Below, in pieces: positions 48,001-61,771 of a stretch of 64,000 nucleotides of DNA. The position numbers and the translations under genes were made by a program. This stretch comes from Yuukianura sp. NJ FZ-2021 (taxonomy: Eukaryota): assembly GCA_046563655.1 (NCBI GenBank), contig CM102286.1:6076001-6140000 (forward strand), in the 5' to 3' direction. How positions within the stretch are numbered: position 1 is the stretch's first letter; each line of letters opens with the position of its first letter. Below the pieces are notes generated by a model. It searched no databases and was not told where the DNA came from. It worked only from the letters and a program-made list of their open reading frames with translations.

Positions 48001-51000
48001 CGTTTTTGTAATGGAAACGGGGCAACTGTGGTCCTATACTCTTACATCCAGTTTTAAGAAAAAGATGCTGCTTGTAATGCAAGTCACTCTTTTACAGAAA
48101 AAGGGCGGCAACTGCTCGTTAGTGTCTACTTACGAAACGTTTTTTTTTTAAGGGAATTGAAGCATTTTTGGCCCTGCCCAACATTTTTGATTAAAAGTAA
48201 TACGGTATCCAGTACGCGTAAACGACTCAGACCTATCAAGAACTCCTTAACGACTATTTTTATAAAAGTTGGAGAAATGAATAAGGCGAGTTTTTTGAAT
48301 ATTTAAAACTCGATTTTTCACTTACGATCCACCGAGAGTGTAACTTCAGGAGATGTTCGTGTGCCAGCAATATTTATAGCTACACATTGATATCTTCCTG
48401 CATCTGCCGCCTTCACTTCTTTGATAATTAGATTTCCGCCATCAACAATTTGAAAACGACTGCTGTAAGAAAATTAAAATTGGAAAGATTAGTGCCCGGG
48501 CGGGTAACAAGTGTAAGGTGGTCATTTTGAAATTTAATGTCTCCATAACACGCGCATGAGCAAACTAAGCTTTTAAAAAGTTGGCGCCGATAGGGTTAGG
48601 TTAGTCACTGTATATTGTAGTTACGTGCTAAGGCGCGTGTCCAGAGTTTGTCCATTTCGGTGCCAAATCACTTGCGGCTCTGGTGTACCCCTTGGGGGCT
48701 GACAAAGAAGCTTCGCAGTTTCTCCAACGAGAGCCTTCGTGTGCTGCGGCAACAAGCGAAACTCGTCCCGAATAACTGGAATTGAAAACAATGGAGAAAT
48801 TCAAAGATAAAGATCAATTTTTTAAATTAATTAAAATTGAAATTGAATCGTCTGCGCAGCAGTACATGCTCATTATGGAGGGCAAAACATGTTTCACTTT
48901 TTTCCATATCAAATCAACAAATCTCCAATTCCATTATCCCTCCATGTTATATTGTTCTCCATTCCGTTCAATGCTCTCAGCTCAACATCCAGAACATGTA
49001 AAAACGATGCTGCAACAATATGTTGCAGTTGCGTAGTTAACGTATCAGCATATCAGACTTTTAGTCTGTATCTGAACATTGGAAGTGTGTTAGGGAGGTC
49101 TCTTTTGTAAACTTCAACTCTGCTTTAACAATGGAGATTTGATTCAGACCAGAACGACGGGGTCCCCTGGACTTCATTCCTAATGTAAATTAATTTTGAT
49201 ACAGTTTAAAAAATATAATCTAAGCATAAAAAGTATAATCTAACGCATTTCAAGTTTAGTATAAGTGGTAGTGGTGCGGCCCTTAACAAAAGTTGCACAC
49301 ACACCTGATATCATGTTACAAGGACCAAATTATACCAATTATTTCTAAGGGGTCCCCTCGAGCCCAATTCTTTTCTTCCTGGCAGGATTTTTTTTAGATG
49401 GAATCGGATCGGACAGTTTCGAGTGTGCAGAGGGGCCCTTCAAACCCAATTCATCTAAACTCTTTTTGGCTTCAGAGCCAAATGCAATGGGCGAACGTAT
49501 CATTCTTCATTCCAATGAAATTAAACTTAACACACACGAGAGTCCCTTGTCAGAGCTGTGCTAGCAGCTAAAAGCAGTAAATTGAACGGAGATCCAAACT
49601 GAACCCTTCACTCAAGCCGCCATGTCAAACTTGCTAACGTAGGAAGAATGCAGAAAGCGCTGAATACGAAGAAACTTCTCTTTTTTTTCAATTTTTGGAA
49701 GAATTTTTTTTTTTTAATTATGGAGTTTTCTATAATCCTGGAAGAAACTCAGATTTTGGGTAGCATATAAAGTTACTGGTAAAGAAAATTTTTTGGAAAA
49801 AAATAATTTGAACAGGAAGTACTTGTTTTCAGTTCTACGTAAACTTTTTCAAAAGATTTGGATTGACAAAAGCCCTTTAACCTTCAACTTTTTAAACTTT
49901 TTCACCGCTTGAAACTTTACCTCCATCCGCTTTTGTAGAGGCTAGAAATTATTTTTGTTCTGAACAAGGTTCAACCATTGAAAAGTTTTCTTAGACAGAG
50001 GCCGTTCCTTATGTATTTATTGCCATTTACTTTAGTTACGGGTTTACAACGTAAGAAAATCCACTTCCGGTTTCATTCACTTCTCAAACCATATGCTTCC
50101 GTCCCGTAAGCTTCTTTCCACAATTAATGCTTCTGAAGCGCGGTTTTCAAAAATTCGAAACTTCAGAAACCGATTATTTGTGCTAAAGCCATGTTCGACG
50201 ATTGTGCGGTTGCGGAGAAGTTGTGGGCGTGACAAAATAACTTTGGAAAAACATGAAAATGGAGAGAAATAAACAAGCTCCCTGCATTTGAAAACAGTCA
50301 AAACATTGTTAATAGTCTTTTATAAACTAGTTATGTTGTGGATTCAGAATTTTAATGCAAACCAAATGGACGAATGGAATACAGAAACTTGATTTGGAGC
50401 ATTCCAGCAACCCGAAGCATTTGCTAATGGACTTGCATTGCAGTCAACGACTTTCCGCGGTTACAATTTATTTGTTTAGAAACAAGAGTAGGAGTCTAAA
50501 TGCGTCTTCTTGTTAGAAAGGATCACAGAATGTTTTTTAAAAACGGATGCGGGATGCGGGAAACAAGCACTAAAAATTCTCCGTTCTCAGCACTTTCTAA
50601 ATCCCGTGTCAAAGTTCAAGTTTTCCTAGAAATTCATCTTCTCTTAAGTCATCGATAGGCTCACAGCCTCTCACGGATCCACTTTCACACCAAAATAGCA
50701 TCGTTAACCAAGATAAGCCCAAATTTCAAACCAAACTTAGCAAAATAAGATGAAATTTAGCTAATCTACCAAATAAACTTCGGTTAATCTTAGCTAAAGC
50801 GGCAATTTCTGAACAGAAAAGTTTGATCTTAAAGTTTTGTACTAACCGGAGGTCCCTTGGGTTCGGATGTTTTTTGTTTCTAAAAGTTGCTCTACAAAAA
50901 CTTTTTCCGAAATGTTAAAAAAATTGAACAGGATTAACGCAATTTAAAACGCCTTTTGTTTAATGTTTACTAAAAGCAGTTTATACTGAAAGCTAGTGTT

Positions 51001-54000
51001 TTTATGTTTTGTTTTACTTTGTTAAATGTCTTACTCGTGACACTTTTGGTTTTCTGCTCCAGTGACACTTTTTAAGCTCAGTTGACACTTTGAGCTTAAA
51101 ACGTCAGAGAATGGATTAACTCAAATTTAACTTTTTATATTTTACGCATACATACTTATATTAAACCGGCATTACACAAAAGTCATGTGTAAAGTGACAT
51201 TGACCAGGGCTTGGCCCACTAAAAATGACAGTTTCCATAAAATTTGAATTGGAAAATAGAACATTTGTTGAGCTGGAAGAGACAGGTCCAAAGAGGGGTC
51301 AAGAGATGTTGTCAGACCACTCCACGACTAGTGGACTCTGACAAAATGTTGACAGCAAGTCTGACTTTCCTTTGAAACTGGATCATATTTCATTTCGAAT
51401 GTTGAAATGATTCTGTCAGTGGAGTGGAGAATGAATATTACTCTGACTATTCGTCCATATGGCGTTGAGCAATGTGAGCACTATTTCTCACAAAAAACGC
51501 ACTTTTTTGCTTCATGTTCAACAAAATTCCATATATTTTGCGTTCTGAAAGGAATTGAGAACGGTGTGATTTATAGCCACTCGGCGTAGCGTTAAGAGAA
51601 AGTCTCCTTTCCTTTTGTGCTTCTGTACTCTGAATGTGTCTGTGTCTGTGCAAGATCTGCAAAAAGTTTTTGTCTACTTTAGAATTCGCATTTCGTTTTC
51701 CGCTTCAGACAAAAGTGACATTGGAAACCTTAACGAATATTTTACCATATCAAACAGATCTGAACCTCCTTCCCGTCTTCTGCAAGCAGTTCTATTGAAA
51801 TTGGCTTCTCTGAATTCTGCATAGTATCAGTTGCTAAAATGGAAAACTTTTTTTTTGCAGATGGCAACACCTTGCCCTGAATTTACAAAAACAATAGCTC
51901 TTCTCGAATTCGCTAAAATAAAAAAACACGCACAAAAAATTTGTATTCGTTCCATCTCTCCCTCATCGTTTATTCCGTCTTACATTTCACTCTTACTCAA
52001 ATTTGTTAAACTTTTACCATACTTGACAATAACAAAGATGTCTCAAAGTGCCAAATTTCCCAAATTATTTACACTAAATCTTCCATGTGGAAATCCGCTG
52101 TATAAATATTTATTGCCAAATTCCTTAAAAATTAATATTAGCACAATAACTTAAACGAAATTAAAGGCAAGGTTATGTTTGTTTACAGTTTTGTTTTGTG
52201 TGAACTTTTATTCGTGATGTTTGAAAATGTGCGGATTTCGCCAAATATGTGTTAAAATTTTGCAATAATTTTATTATACCAGCGCGAAACGTGCCAATTT
52301 CATGCATGCTTATCAGGAGATTTAAAAATTTTACACCCCGCGGTTAGGTGTGCTAATTTGGCGCCGAACGAGGTGTAAAATGATATTAATAATTTGAAGA
52401 GCCAAGACAAGGGCCAATTTATGCCCTTCGACAACACCAATTTTAAATTTTCCCGTGATTTTTTTTTCGAATGGAAATTCTACAACTGATGCCCACAGTA
52501 ATAACTTGAAACTGCTGACAGCCCAAGAGGGAAAAAGCCGTTTCGAGTGGCAATAAAATTTATGGACGACTGCACGTGTCGCTTTTAATTTAAAAGAAAA
52601 AAGTGAACGGAACTAAAAGCGGGAACACAAGCTAAAAGCTATTTGAAATTTGGCTTTCAATTTCCCGCTCCCCTGAAATCTAAACTTATGGAAATCAATT
52701 CCAAAAATTCAAAAATGAAAACGAGGTCTTTAGCATGATGCGGTAGTTAACACTTCAGATTTTAAATTATGACGAAAGCGCGCCGGTGTACTGAAAGGAG
52801 ACAAAGTCGTTTTCAATTGCAACCAAATCCAAAATTACCGCTACTGTCAATTTTTTTTTGGAAACTTTTCAAATTATGAAATTATGAATCTCTTCCTGAT
52901 GGATCGGTTTACCAAATCTTCTTTAATAGTTTCACGCCTGTGAGTTGGTGCCCTATAGAGTTTCATGACTCCGACTCTTTGGCAAAGAGCCGAGTCAGAG
53001 TCGGAGTCGAACTGACTCCCGACTCTCATTTTTGCAAGGAGTCAGAGCCCGTGCCGACGATCCGACTCGACTCTTTATCAAAGAGTCGAGTCAGAGTCAG
53101 AGCCGAGTCGGGAGTCGCGACTCCGGGAGTCATCCTTTTAAAATGGAATTTTGTATCAACTCATTAAAGATTACGTCAGTTTATTACATCAATACGCTAA
53201 GTACATTAATTTTCATTAATCTTTATCATGCAACTATTATAATAGTTTAATGTACATACGTAAATGTATTCAAATGACACGCGGAATCAACTAACTGAAC
53301 CGCATTTGTTTCAGAATCCATTGTTCTTACCAGTTATCATTCAGCAAAGTGCTGTTGCAGGAAGGCAGAGTGTAGAGTTCTTTTGTTTGAATATTGTTAT
53401 TTTAAGAATTCAATAACTTCATGTCCAATCTCGCGCTTAATTGCACATGTGCGACTCCCGGCTCCATGAAACATTAAAGAGTCAGAGTCAGAGTCGGAGT
53501 CGGACTGACTCCCGGCTCTCATTTTTGCAGGGAGTCAGAGCCCGTGCCGACGATCCGACTCGACTCTTCATCAAAGAGTCGAGTCGGAGTCGAGTCGGGA
53601 GTCACGACTCCGGAGTCGTCAGGGAGTCGAGAGCCGTGAAACTCTAGTGCCCTATGTCAAATCCAGGCATATCGCTTACGCTCAATCAAAGAAAAGGCGT
53701 GCAGTATCTATCGAAGCGTATCATTCAAACGGCGTCGCGTGGAGTTTTGGAAATGTCTGATTTTGATACTCTCCAAAGAGAAATGGCCTTAATAATTCCT
53801 TCTGCGCAATGCAAATGTCAATTGCAGACGGGTTTGGAAAATTTACAACAAAAGTGCGTTCGAGTGATACTTAAAAGAAAAAAAATACCCAAATTCAGTA
53901 ACATTGTTTGCAATTTCAAAACGTTTTTAAGGACTCAATGAACAACAAAAATTGGACAGATGGTGGTAAGGAAGAAGTGCTTTTCTGTTCGTGTTTCAAG

Positions 54001-57000
54001 TCCATCGTCTAATTACTTTTTCGTGTTCTAGAGTTAAGCTTTATTCGATCAACACTGGCGCGAATTTGAGAAATAATAACTACCCTAACGTAATTACCTT
54101 TCAAATCCATCAACTCATCATCATTGATTAAGGGGTTCCTGGTAGCCCTTAGCTCTATGTCTGTAGTTAGGTTTAAGTTAGGCTAAGGGTACCAACATTT
54201 AGACCACGGGAGCCCTTAAACCATTACCCACCTGAACAAGGTTTCATCATCGCTCATGAACTAATTCATTTCGGTTATGTGGGGTACACTGTGTGTTTCA
54301 CAAACACAGCAGGACATGCCAAAATCATTTTTCAGAAAAATTTTTTTTCAAAACACGTTTTTTTTTGGGATGTCAACAACAGAAGCTTCTGGGTCACACG
54401 GGAATAGACAACCAACGTAAATATTTTTTGGCAAGGTAAGGATTGTTCCTACTGTAGCAATATGGAAAACACTATAGAAGCATTCAGGAAGCTCGACGTG
54501 TGGCAGATCCACAGTAAACAATGAGATTACGTTTGCTTCCAGGTGAAAAGAATCTCTCGTCGTATGTTTCTTTTCAATTTTCTTGGAAGGCAGGGCGACA
54601 GGAAGCGACAGAGTAGAAAGGTTTTTCACGTAGACTGTCGCCTACACCGCAGTGGTGGGATTTGTGAATAAGAAATGAAGGTTGATGGACGGGAGACACT
54701 TTACGTGACATTCGTCTTGTCATTTAAGTCCATTTGGACCGCCATCTTGCTACGCGTGACACAATTGCGAAATAATTCACAGCAACCTATGTGTCTATTG
54801 TCTACTTATTCGAGGAAATTGGGGAGGGACAGGTGACAGGTCAATGCCCTCGAGAATTGTTTGTCTTTTGGCGTCATTCAAACTGAACTTTCTTACCTCA
54901 CCAAACCATGTTCCTCAAGTTTGAATTGTTAAAATCGCTAATGTATAAACTTGGATGTCTTTGTGGAGATGTCATCAGGAAATTTAAAAAGTTTTCACTT
55001 GTTGTAGGCCTAGAGACATTGGAAAGATTGATGGATGTGATTAATACACAGTTTGGCCCAAAAGTTTTGTCAAGTTTTGCAAGTTTTCAAACAAGGTCCA
55101 CAAAAATTTGACAGGCTGAATTAAAGTGGTTCCCAGTGGCACTGTGTGACTGTCCTCAAGGACACTAATGCTATGACATCTTTTCGCACTTAAAGCGAGA
55201 AAATTTCAAAATGTTCAACAAAACCAACAAGTTTTTCTGTCCAAATTGTTCTTTACTTTGCATGTTTGTTGAAGTTGACTCAATTTGTGCATCAAGATAC
55301 CTACGTTGTAGACAGTTTCTTTTACCACCTTATTCTGGACTTGCGTAATCTTGACAAGAAAATTGCTCACTTTTGCCAAATTAAATATAAGCGGGATAAG
55401 TTAAAATCGGAGTAGTAATTGTGACGTACGTTTATGATAAATTTTCTCTTTTGGTTACAATACTGGCAACTTCTTTTATAACGTTTATGATTCATGGTAA
55501 TAAAGTTTACAACTTTCAATTTTACAGAAAACCTAAAACCCACGCTAGAACTCAAATGTTTGTTTTTAGATTCCTTTACCTGCCTTAACATTTTTAACTT
55601 GTATTTGCTTTGTTCCAGAAATAAAAATTTCTGCTTGCGTTCATGTCTCTTATCAATTTTTTCTTAAGAAGTTAAGAGGGGCACTTACGCTTTACAGCAA
55701 TGTGTGATTGACATGAACCAAAAGTGCACACAACACACACATTGTACTAACCCACTCAACACACGCACAACCTTAAGCCTTAGCACATAGGTGTGCAACC
55801 TTAACCTTTGGATGACCATAATTTGAAAATCATAAACTAAAAAAAGCAAAAAATGGCTTGATTATAGTCTGGAACATGAGCACCAGCCGTTCAAATAGAT
55901 TTTTCCCAGGAACAAACTTTTTTTGTTCAATTATTTAGAAAAAAAAATCTCTCTCTTAAATTAAGCGTTCCCTCGCCACAACTTTCTTAAAGTTGTGTAG
56001 GATACAAGGGAGTAAGGTATGATTTAGAAGCGAAATTCGAATTTCAAGTTAAGACCTTATGAAGTTTGAGTAAATGAGACTGAAATGAAAAGGAAAATAA
56101 TTTTAGGAAAGCTGAAGCCTTTATGAAGTGAAGTGGAGGCTTTAATTAAGCGTCAGAGCCACACGCCCTAGTTGAGGTTTGAGGCTTCTTCTTCCTTGAA
56201 GATGACAACAGATGCTTCTGAGATGAGGTTTTAAGTCTATAAATCCCAAATGAAAACCAAAATGAAAATGAAAAACCTAACCTAACCTTAAAAGCGAAGT
56301 GTATCCTGTGACTCAAGATCTAGATGATGAAACATCAAGAATCTTACGGTTACATTTCATTTCCTTTGTTCACCAAACATGTTCATCAGGATCTTCAATA
56401 TGTTACTTCCCGCGTATTAAAACCAAAATTTTCAGCCAAACTTTCTTTACTCCAAAGCCTAACCTCAGCATTTCATAAAGAAAACGAAAATTGTAATATT
56501 CCAAGATTAATTTCGAAAAGACAGCTACCTAGACAGCAACCGTAAATTACCAAGTATGCTTAACCTATACAATAGAAAATGGAAATTTTCTTGATGTTGA
56601 GATGTTAGAGTAACTCATGTCGCCGTATCCATGTTATTTGAAAGTTAGCATAAAGAAAAATGCGCGCCTAGTTTTAAACCATACAAAAATCGATGACAAC
56701 ATAAGCTCCCTACCACTTTCCACGTCCTTTCATTCCTTCCATAAAAAGTAATCATGGAGACATAATAATATGTTTTGGCATCCAGCAAAATTTCTTTGCT
56801 TTAAGCTTTTCTTGCCAAGTAGCTCTTGAACATGGAGCTCTTAAAGTTTTCTCAGAATCTGCAAAGTCAACATGGCAATAAGCAGGACTCTTAAGACCCA
56901 AAACATGCGGGTAGTATGCCACGCTCAGCCAAAAATTTGAACAAGGAGAGAAAAAAGTTGAAAACTAGGGAAAAGCGCCAAGAATGAACTTTTCCTTGCG

Positions 57001-60000
57001 AGTTCTTATTAGTTAGTTGTAATGGGAGAAAGAAAGTTAGCTGGAGAGGAAAAGGAACCAAGCATCGCACGGTTCTCTTTTACTTTCTCTTTTTTGGAAA
57101 TTACCTCCCAAAACTTTTGTTATTAAAACGGGCTATAATTATTTCCAAATTAAAATTCTGACAAAAAGGATGTGTTTTCCTCTCTTTTATTTATAAACAA
57201 AAATTCAAAGAGAGAGAGAGAGAGAGAAATAGCAAGCGTCTTGAAAAAAAAAAACAATTTCAAAAAAACGAGAAAAAATATTACGAAAACTGTTGTCGAC
57301 CGAAAAAAAAAGTTTAGGTACAGCCTACCAAAAAATTCTTAATTTTTAAACCACCTCTGTAGGTTTTTTATTGCTTGTTTCCTAAAAGTTTTTCTTTTAA
57401 CTTTCGCTAACCTTTTTACGAATTCGTATAGAACTTCAGTTGATTTTTTGTTGGTCTACCTTCGAAACATTGTTGAAGGTTTGGACAGTGATTAGATTAA
57501 GGTTCAGTTGGAGTCATTTCAAATTCCACCTTTTTGACGCAATGTTGAATGTTGCTGGGTGGGAAATTTCAAAATGAAAATTACCTCCTCCACGATTACG
57601 TTTTTTTTTTTTGGAAAGTCGTTCCAAGTTACATAACATTAACCTAAACATTCTTTCCTTGTTTCTACTCCTCTGACATGGAGAAAAGGCCAAGGTAAGG
57701 AAATTTCTTTTGTCAATTGTGAGACTGACTCTGGGAGATGCTAAATAACAACAATCTTGTTCGCCATGCTGTTCACGTCTTTCCTCCATACCCATTCACT
57801 TTTGTTCGGAACATTAAAGAAACCCATTTCCAATATGGAGGCTTTGACTTTTCGTAAAAGTGCGCCAGCGCATAAAAGAAAATCCCAACCAAAGCTCTAT
57901 TTTCTGACTAGTATTTATGATGCTTTCCCGTTTGCCGGATATTATGAACATTAAAAAGCACATGAGATCCAAACAACTCCGCGGTTTTTGAAACTGGAAC
58001 TCCGCAGTTCCAAAAATACAAAGTTAGAAGTGAAACATAAACAAGCCCCAGATTTCTCAAATCTGAAAGATATAAAAACCAAACCAAAAAAGAAAATCGC
58101 GCTTTTGTTGTACAGAAATAAATTATGACTTTGTTAGTGAGAAAAAAAACAAATTAGGTTTTCGTTGATGCAGGTTTTACTGGAGAGTGTCCAGGTTTAG
58201 GAGAAGTGTAAATTAGCTTGGTGTGAGTTATTGCAAATGAGTTTGAGAGAGAAAGTTGGAAAGCCGTATCCATTCTAATCACACCTAATAAACTGTTTCC
58301 TTTCCAATTGAACTAAAATCCAGAGGAAAAGGTTAAGGTTAATGTGATAAAGGAGTCAAACTGTGTTTCCCCAATTTTGAAAAGTCGCGCTAAAGCTACG
58401 ACTGGAGCCAGCACTAGCAGCAACTCATTAGCAGTCTTGGGTGATTTATGGGAAAACAATTTCCAACACATCCACAGCCGTCTTTGGAACCGATGAAACC
58501 TAAACAGTTTTGACAATGCCTTCTGCTTCTGCCTCTCTCCAGCCGGAACCTAATTGCTTCTACCCTAACTTATAGTACCACATTAGCTATAGACTATGAA
58601 TTACTGTAGACTGAGACTATAGACTTAACTTTCTCCTAGCTGAATAATGGTGGATTGTAGTCCTTTAGCCTTGTGCTCTCTGATGAAGATCTGAAGAACA
58701 ATAGGGTAGACACAATTTAATTAGGCTCCAAATCCATTGATTCAGTCTCCGCTCCTAATGATGGGAGAGAAAGCACAAGTTCAAACTTTCCCTCTCCCTC
58801 CCGAAACTCGGAAATTACAAACACAATCCTTCATTTCCAAACTTACAAACTCTGTAAATTTCCACAACGAGTGAAATCATGAATCTTTTTCAAACTTTCA
58901 CTACAATGATCCTATCTGCACCAAAATTGGTTATGATTCAATTAAATATTTAATGACTAATTCTGGTAAAGTTTGCTGTTGGAACATTTGGAACTGGATT
59001 GTGGTTTTGGTTCTAGTACCACCCTGAGTGTGTTAGACTCTCAGAAAATACTAACCCAATTACCTACTTCATCAAGCGAAGGTAGCTTGAAGCCTAATTT
59101 TTCATTTAATTTGAACACAAAACGCATCCATTTTGGAAGAGAAAACACTGTCAAGGGAAATCTGCTAATCTAAAAATCTTTTTTCCTCGAGGTTTGTGAT
59201 CTGATTAAGAAACTTGGAGTTTTAGAGAACTAATTTGAAAACAATTTTAAACGAACTACGAAAATTCAATTACGGTATCCAACGAGTCTCAATGTTTTTT
59301 TTCAAATACGAAACGGTATAGTTCAAGCTCATTTCTATTGAGAATGCTTAAGAACTAAAATTAAGTTCATTTAAATAGTTCTTAGATTAATACAAATTAG
59401 TTTATGAACTTTCTTGACTTTGGCTTATTGTAACCTAAATTAAATGTTAAAATTTTGATTTAAATTAGAAATAATTAAATATCTCAATCAAAGTTTTCCT
59501 GGAATACGTATTTTAGAATATGTAAGCTCCGTAAAAACTTTGTTACTTCACCAGTCGCGTCTATCACTTTCACTCTTTGGAGGTTAGATAAGACCGCGAA
59601 GGTTCAAACACTTAAGAATTCCATTTTCACCTCTCATAACTGCCTATAATCTATTGCAAGACGTCCATCAAATCCTATTGATAACAACAGCTCTTCACTC
59701 TTGGTTTTGATTCAAAATGCGCTGGGCTACGGTAACAATCGGTTCCGTGATTGACATGTACTTGACCTCTGAGCCAGGTGAGTTTCGTGCCAAACTGTGG
59801 ACAATGGAGATCTTCAAGCACTCGAAGAAAGTCCTTTCGATACCAATTGTTTACATTTGGAGCCTAGCCCTGAAGTTGTTAAAATTTTCAAAGAATTCAA
59901 AATTCCTCAGAAATTTTTCCAAGTTCAAAACAATCTTGGCTTCGTGGGAAGGCTCAGCGCATCCCCACGGTTCAAAAACGACTTTTTCCTTAGAATGTAG

Positions 60001-61771
60001 AAAATTTTTGAAAGTTGTATGTTAGTAAAAGTAGCTATAAATAAGCGGGAAAGGTCAAAATAGCGCCTCTGGATCATTTACGAGAAGCATAAAACTGTTC
60101 GTCTCGACTCCCGGAACCTTTTTAAATGTTCTTCCCTGCAGTATTCTCCAGAGAATAAGAAAAACGTCAGGTTCTATCATATACATTTCATTTCCTCCTG
60201 CCAGCGGCTAGTCATTCCCCAAAAAAGCACAAGCTGGAAGATGGTCTGACGCTTCTGAATTTAAGCGTGTCATGCTTTCCAGAAGTCGAGGTTCAAGTCA
60301 GTACCGCTAGCGATTCTACCAGGATGCACGCAGTACCTTAGCCTAAAAGCCTAACTTTCAAAAACCCAAAGTTTCAAAAACCAAGTTAAAAAGGCTTCTT
60401 TTGAACTTTGGAAATCCAATGTGAAGGGTATCACACCTCCTCTGACACGTTGATTTAAATCACACGTCGTCATTCTCCTTTACACATCATCATGACTTAT
60501 TACTTCTAGTGCGCATGCGTTCCAGCGTAAGGTTCAATGTTAGGTTAACCTAATGTAAATCCAAGGATGAAATGCAATTCAATTCATCCTCCAGCAAAGA
60601 ACAGACCATAAAAAGGATCAAGAACAACATCACACACTTCAAAGTGGAGTTACATTTCTCACCTCAAAGTTTTCTTTCCCTGGCGGCAATTTTGAACCAT
60701 AACAATCATAGTAATCACACCCTCAGAAAAATATGAGCACATTCTACTTTACAAAAAGAGAGAAAAGGAAATGTAAGTGCTCCATGTGGTTTTAACCCTA
60801 AGTAATTTAGTCATAGGGTTTATTAAATATAACTAAAGGCCTCTGGGCCCTTGAGCTTTTGATGTTAAGGGACCCTGGGACTTGGACTGGACGTTATGCT
60901 CTGGTAGGTTGGAAGTGAGCCTAAACATGTCCATAAATGTTTAAGGCTGGGAGTGCAGAGCTTAAAACGTAACTGAGGAATGCCCCAAAGCCTCGGAAAT
61001 TCTATTTACTTTCTTTCCAACTGAAAAGATTCCGTAGGAAATGGTCGACAGAGTAAACGATCCAAGAACACATTACGTTACGGCGCGCTCTTTCAAAACT
61101 GCAGAAGGAAAGGTAAGGTTAGGCAGCGGACATTGTTATTAACCCTTTGTGCCGAACCATTGTTCCATTCCAACAAATTTTGTCTATAGGATTTTGGAAA
61201 TGAGCCGTGGGACGCAACTCGTGCCCAATGGACACAAATTTTCGGTCGAAATTGCCGCCAAATCCATCATGAATAGCACAAAAACTACGCAGGGTTTTGT
61301 ATTTTCTTTTTAAAAGCAGATTCTACCGCTTTTCTGTGCAAAAATTCGACCATTGTTTAAAATTAATCGACTCCATTTAGTAGATTAGGTCCAAATTACT
61401 CTACTTTAGATTAAGGTTAAGTTAGACTTTAATGTTCGACTTACCTCCAACTTGAAGTGTTGCATTTCGACTTCGTACAGTTCCAACGCTATTACGGGCA
61501 ATACACCAGTAAGTTCCAGAATCCGATTCTTTGGTTCCATCCGGTCCAAAATCTTTTCTTCGTCCATCAGAGACGCTCAGAAAAAACAAATCTCCGAAAG
61601 GCAGAAAAATTCTTCGGCCTTCATTGGATGGACCAAGCAATTCTCCATTCTTGTACCATTCAATTACTGGATCCGGTTTTCCTTCAGCTTTACAATTGAG
61701 TGTCGTCGGTTCGTTTCGTGTCACCAAAACATCTTTAGGATGCTCCGTAATTTTGGGAGAACGGTGTTGAG
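36041..61771 (-). CDS. robo1: Roundabout receptor, Robo1-like (5 Ig, 3 FN3, TM, CC0/CC1); signal-peptide exon not found
   Basis: Exons 61771-61445, 48775-48625, 48462-48326, 47374-47111, 46187-45669, 43763-43174, 42251-42011, 41096-40978, 39878-39509, 39225-38906, 38687-38427, 38075-37327 (contains the N gap) and 36228-36041. Motifs: SPKITEHP...NEPTTLNCKAEGKP, PFYKSIEGQPSNS...PSAPP, TM WFIILMGFLLFIFLLLLIIILY, LWID...TDKDS...KLL, CC0 DYAEVD...LTTFYN, CC1 TPYATTTLI. Confidence 0.92.
36524..36736. mobile_element. Small foldback MITE in the last Robo intron
   Basis: ~80-bp inverted arms beginning CTAGACGGAACCCGTGATGTTTACACATCACGAAATTTACTTGAAGCA, around a ~50-bp spacer. TSD is either TA or CTAG. 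Confidence 0.8.
37891..37990. other. Assembly gap (100 N) inside a Robo cytoplasmic exon
   Basis: Run of exactly 100 N. Confidence 0.99.
52956..53646. mobile_element. hAT-superfamily MITE (691 bp) in the large Robo intron
   Basis: TIRs TAGAGTTTCA.../...TGAAACTCTA; perfect 8-bp TSD GTGCCCTA (52948-52955, 53647-53654); dense GAGTC/GACTC subterminal motifs; internal ~130-bp direct duplication (~52990-53130 vs ~53480-53615). Confidence 0.9.
57209..57227. repeat. (AG)n microsatellite
   Basis: About 9 AG units. Confidence 0.8.

Noticed and set aside
48591..48604. TTAGG-like telomeric repeats
   Set aside because: Only 2-3 units; such GGTTA/TAACC runs are scattered throughout the window.
52940..53647. 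ORFs with RVRV/SQSQ repeats
   Set aside because: Translations of the GAGTC repeats of the hAT MITE.
48776..61444. Short ORFs in the 12.7-kb Robo intron as nested genes
   Set aside because: All under ~110 aa, low complexity, with no domains or coherent splice pattern.
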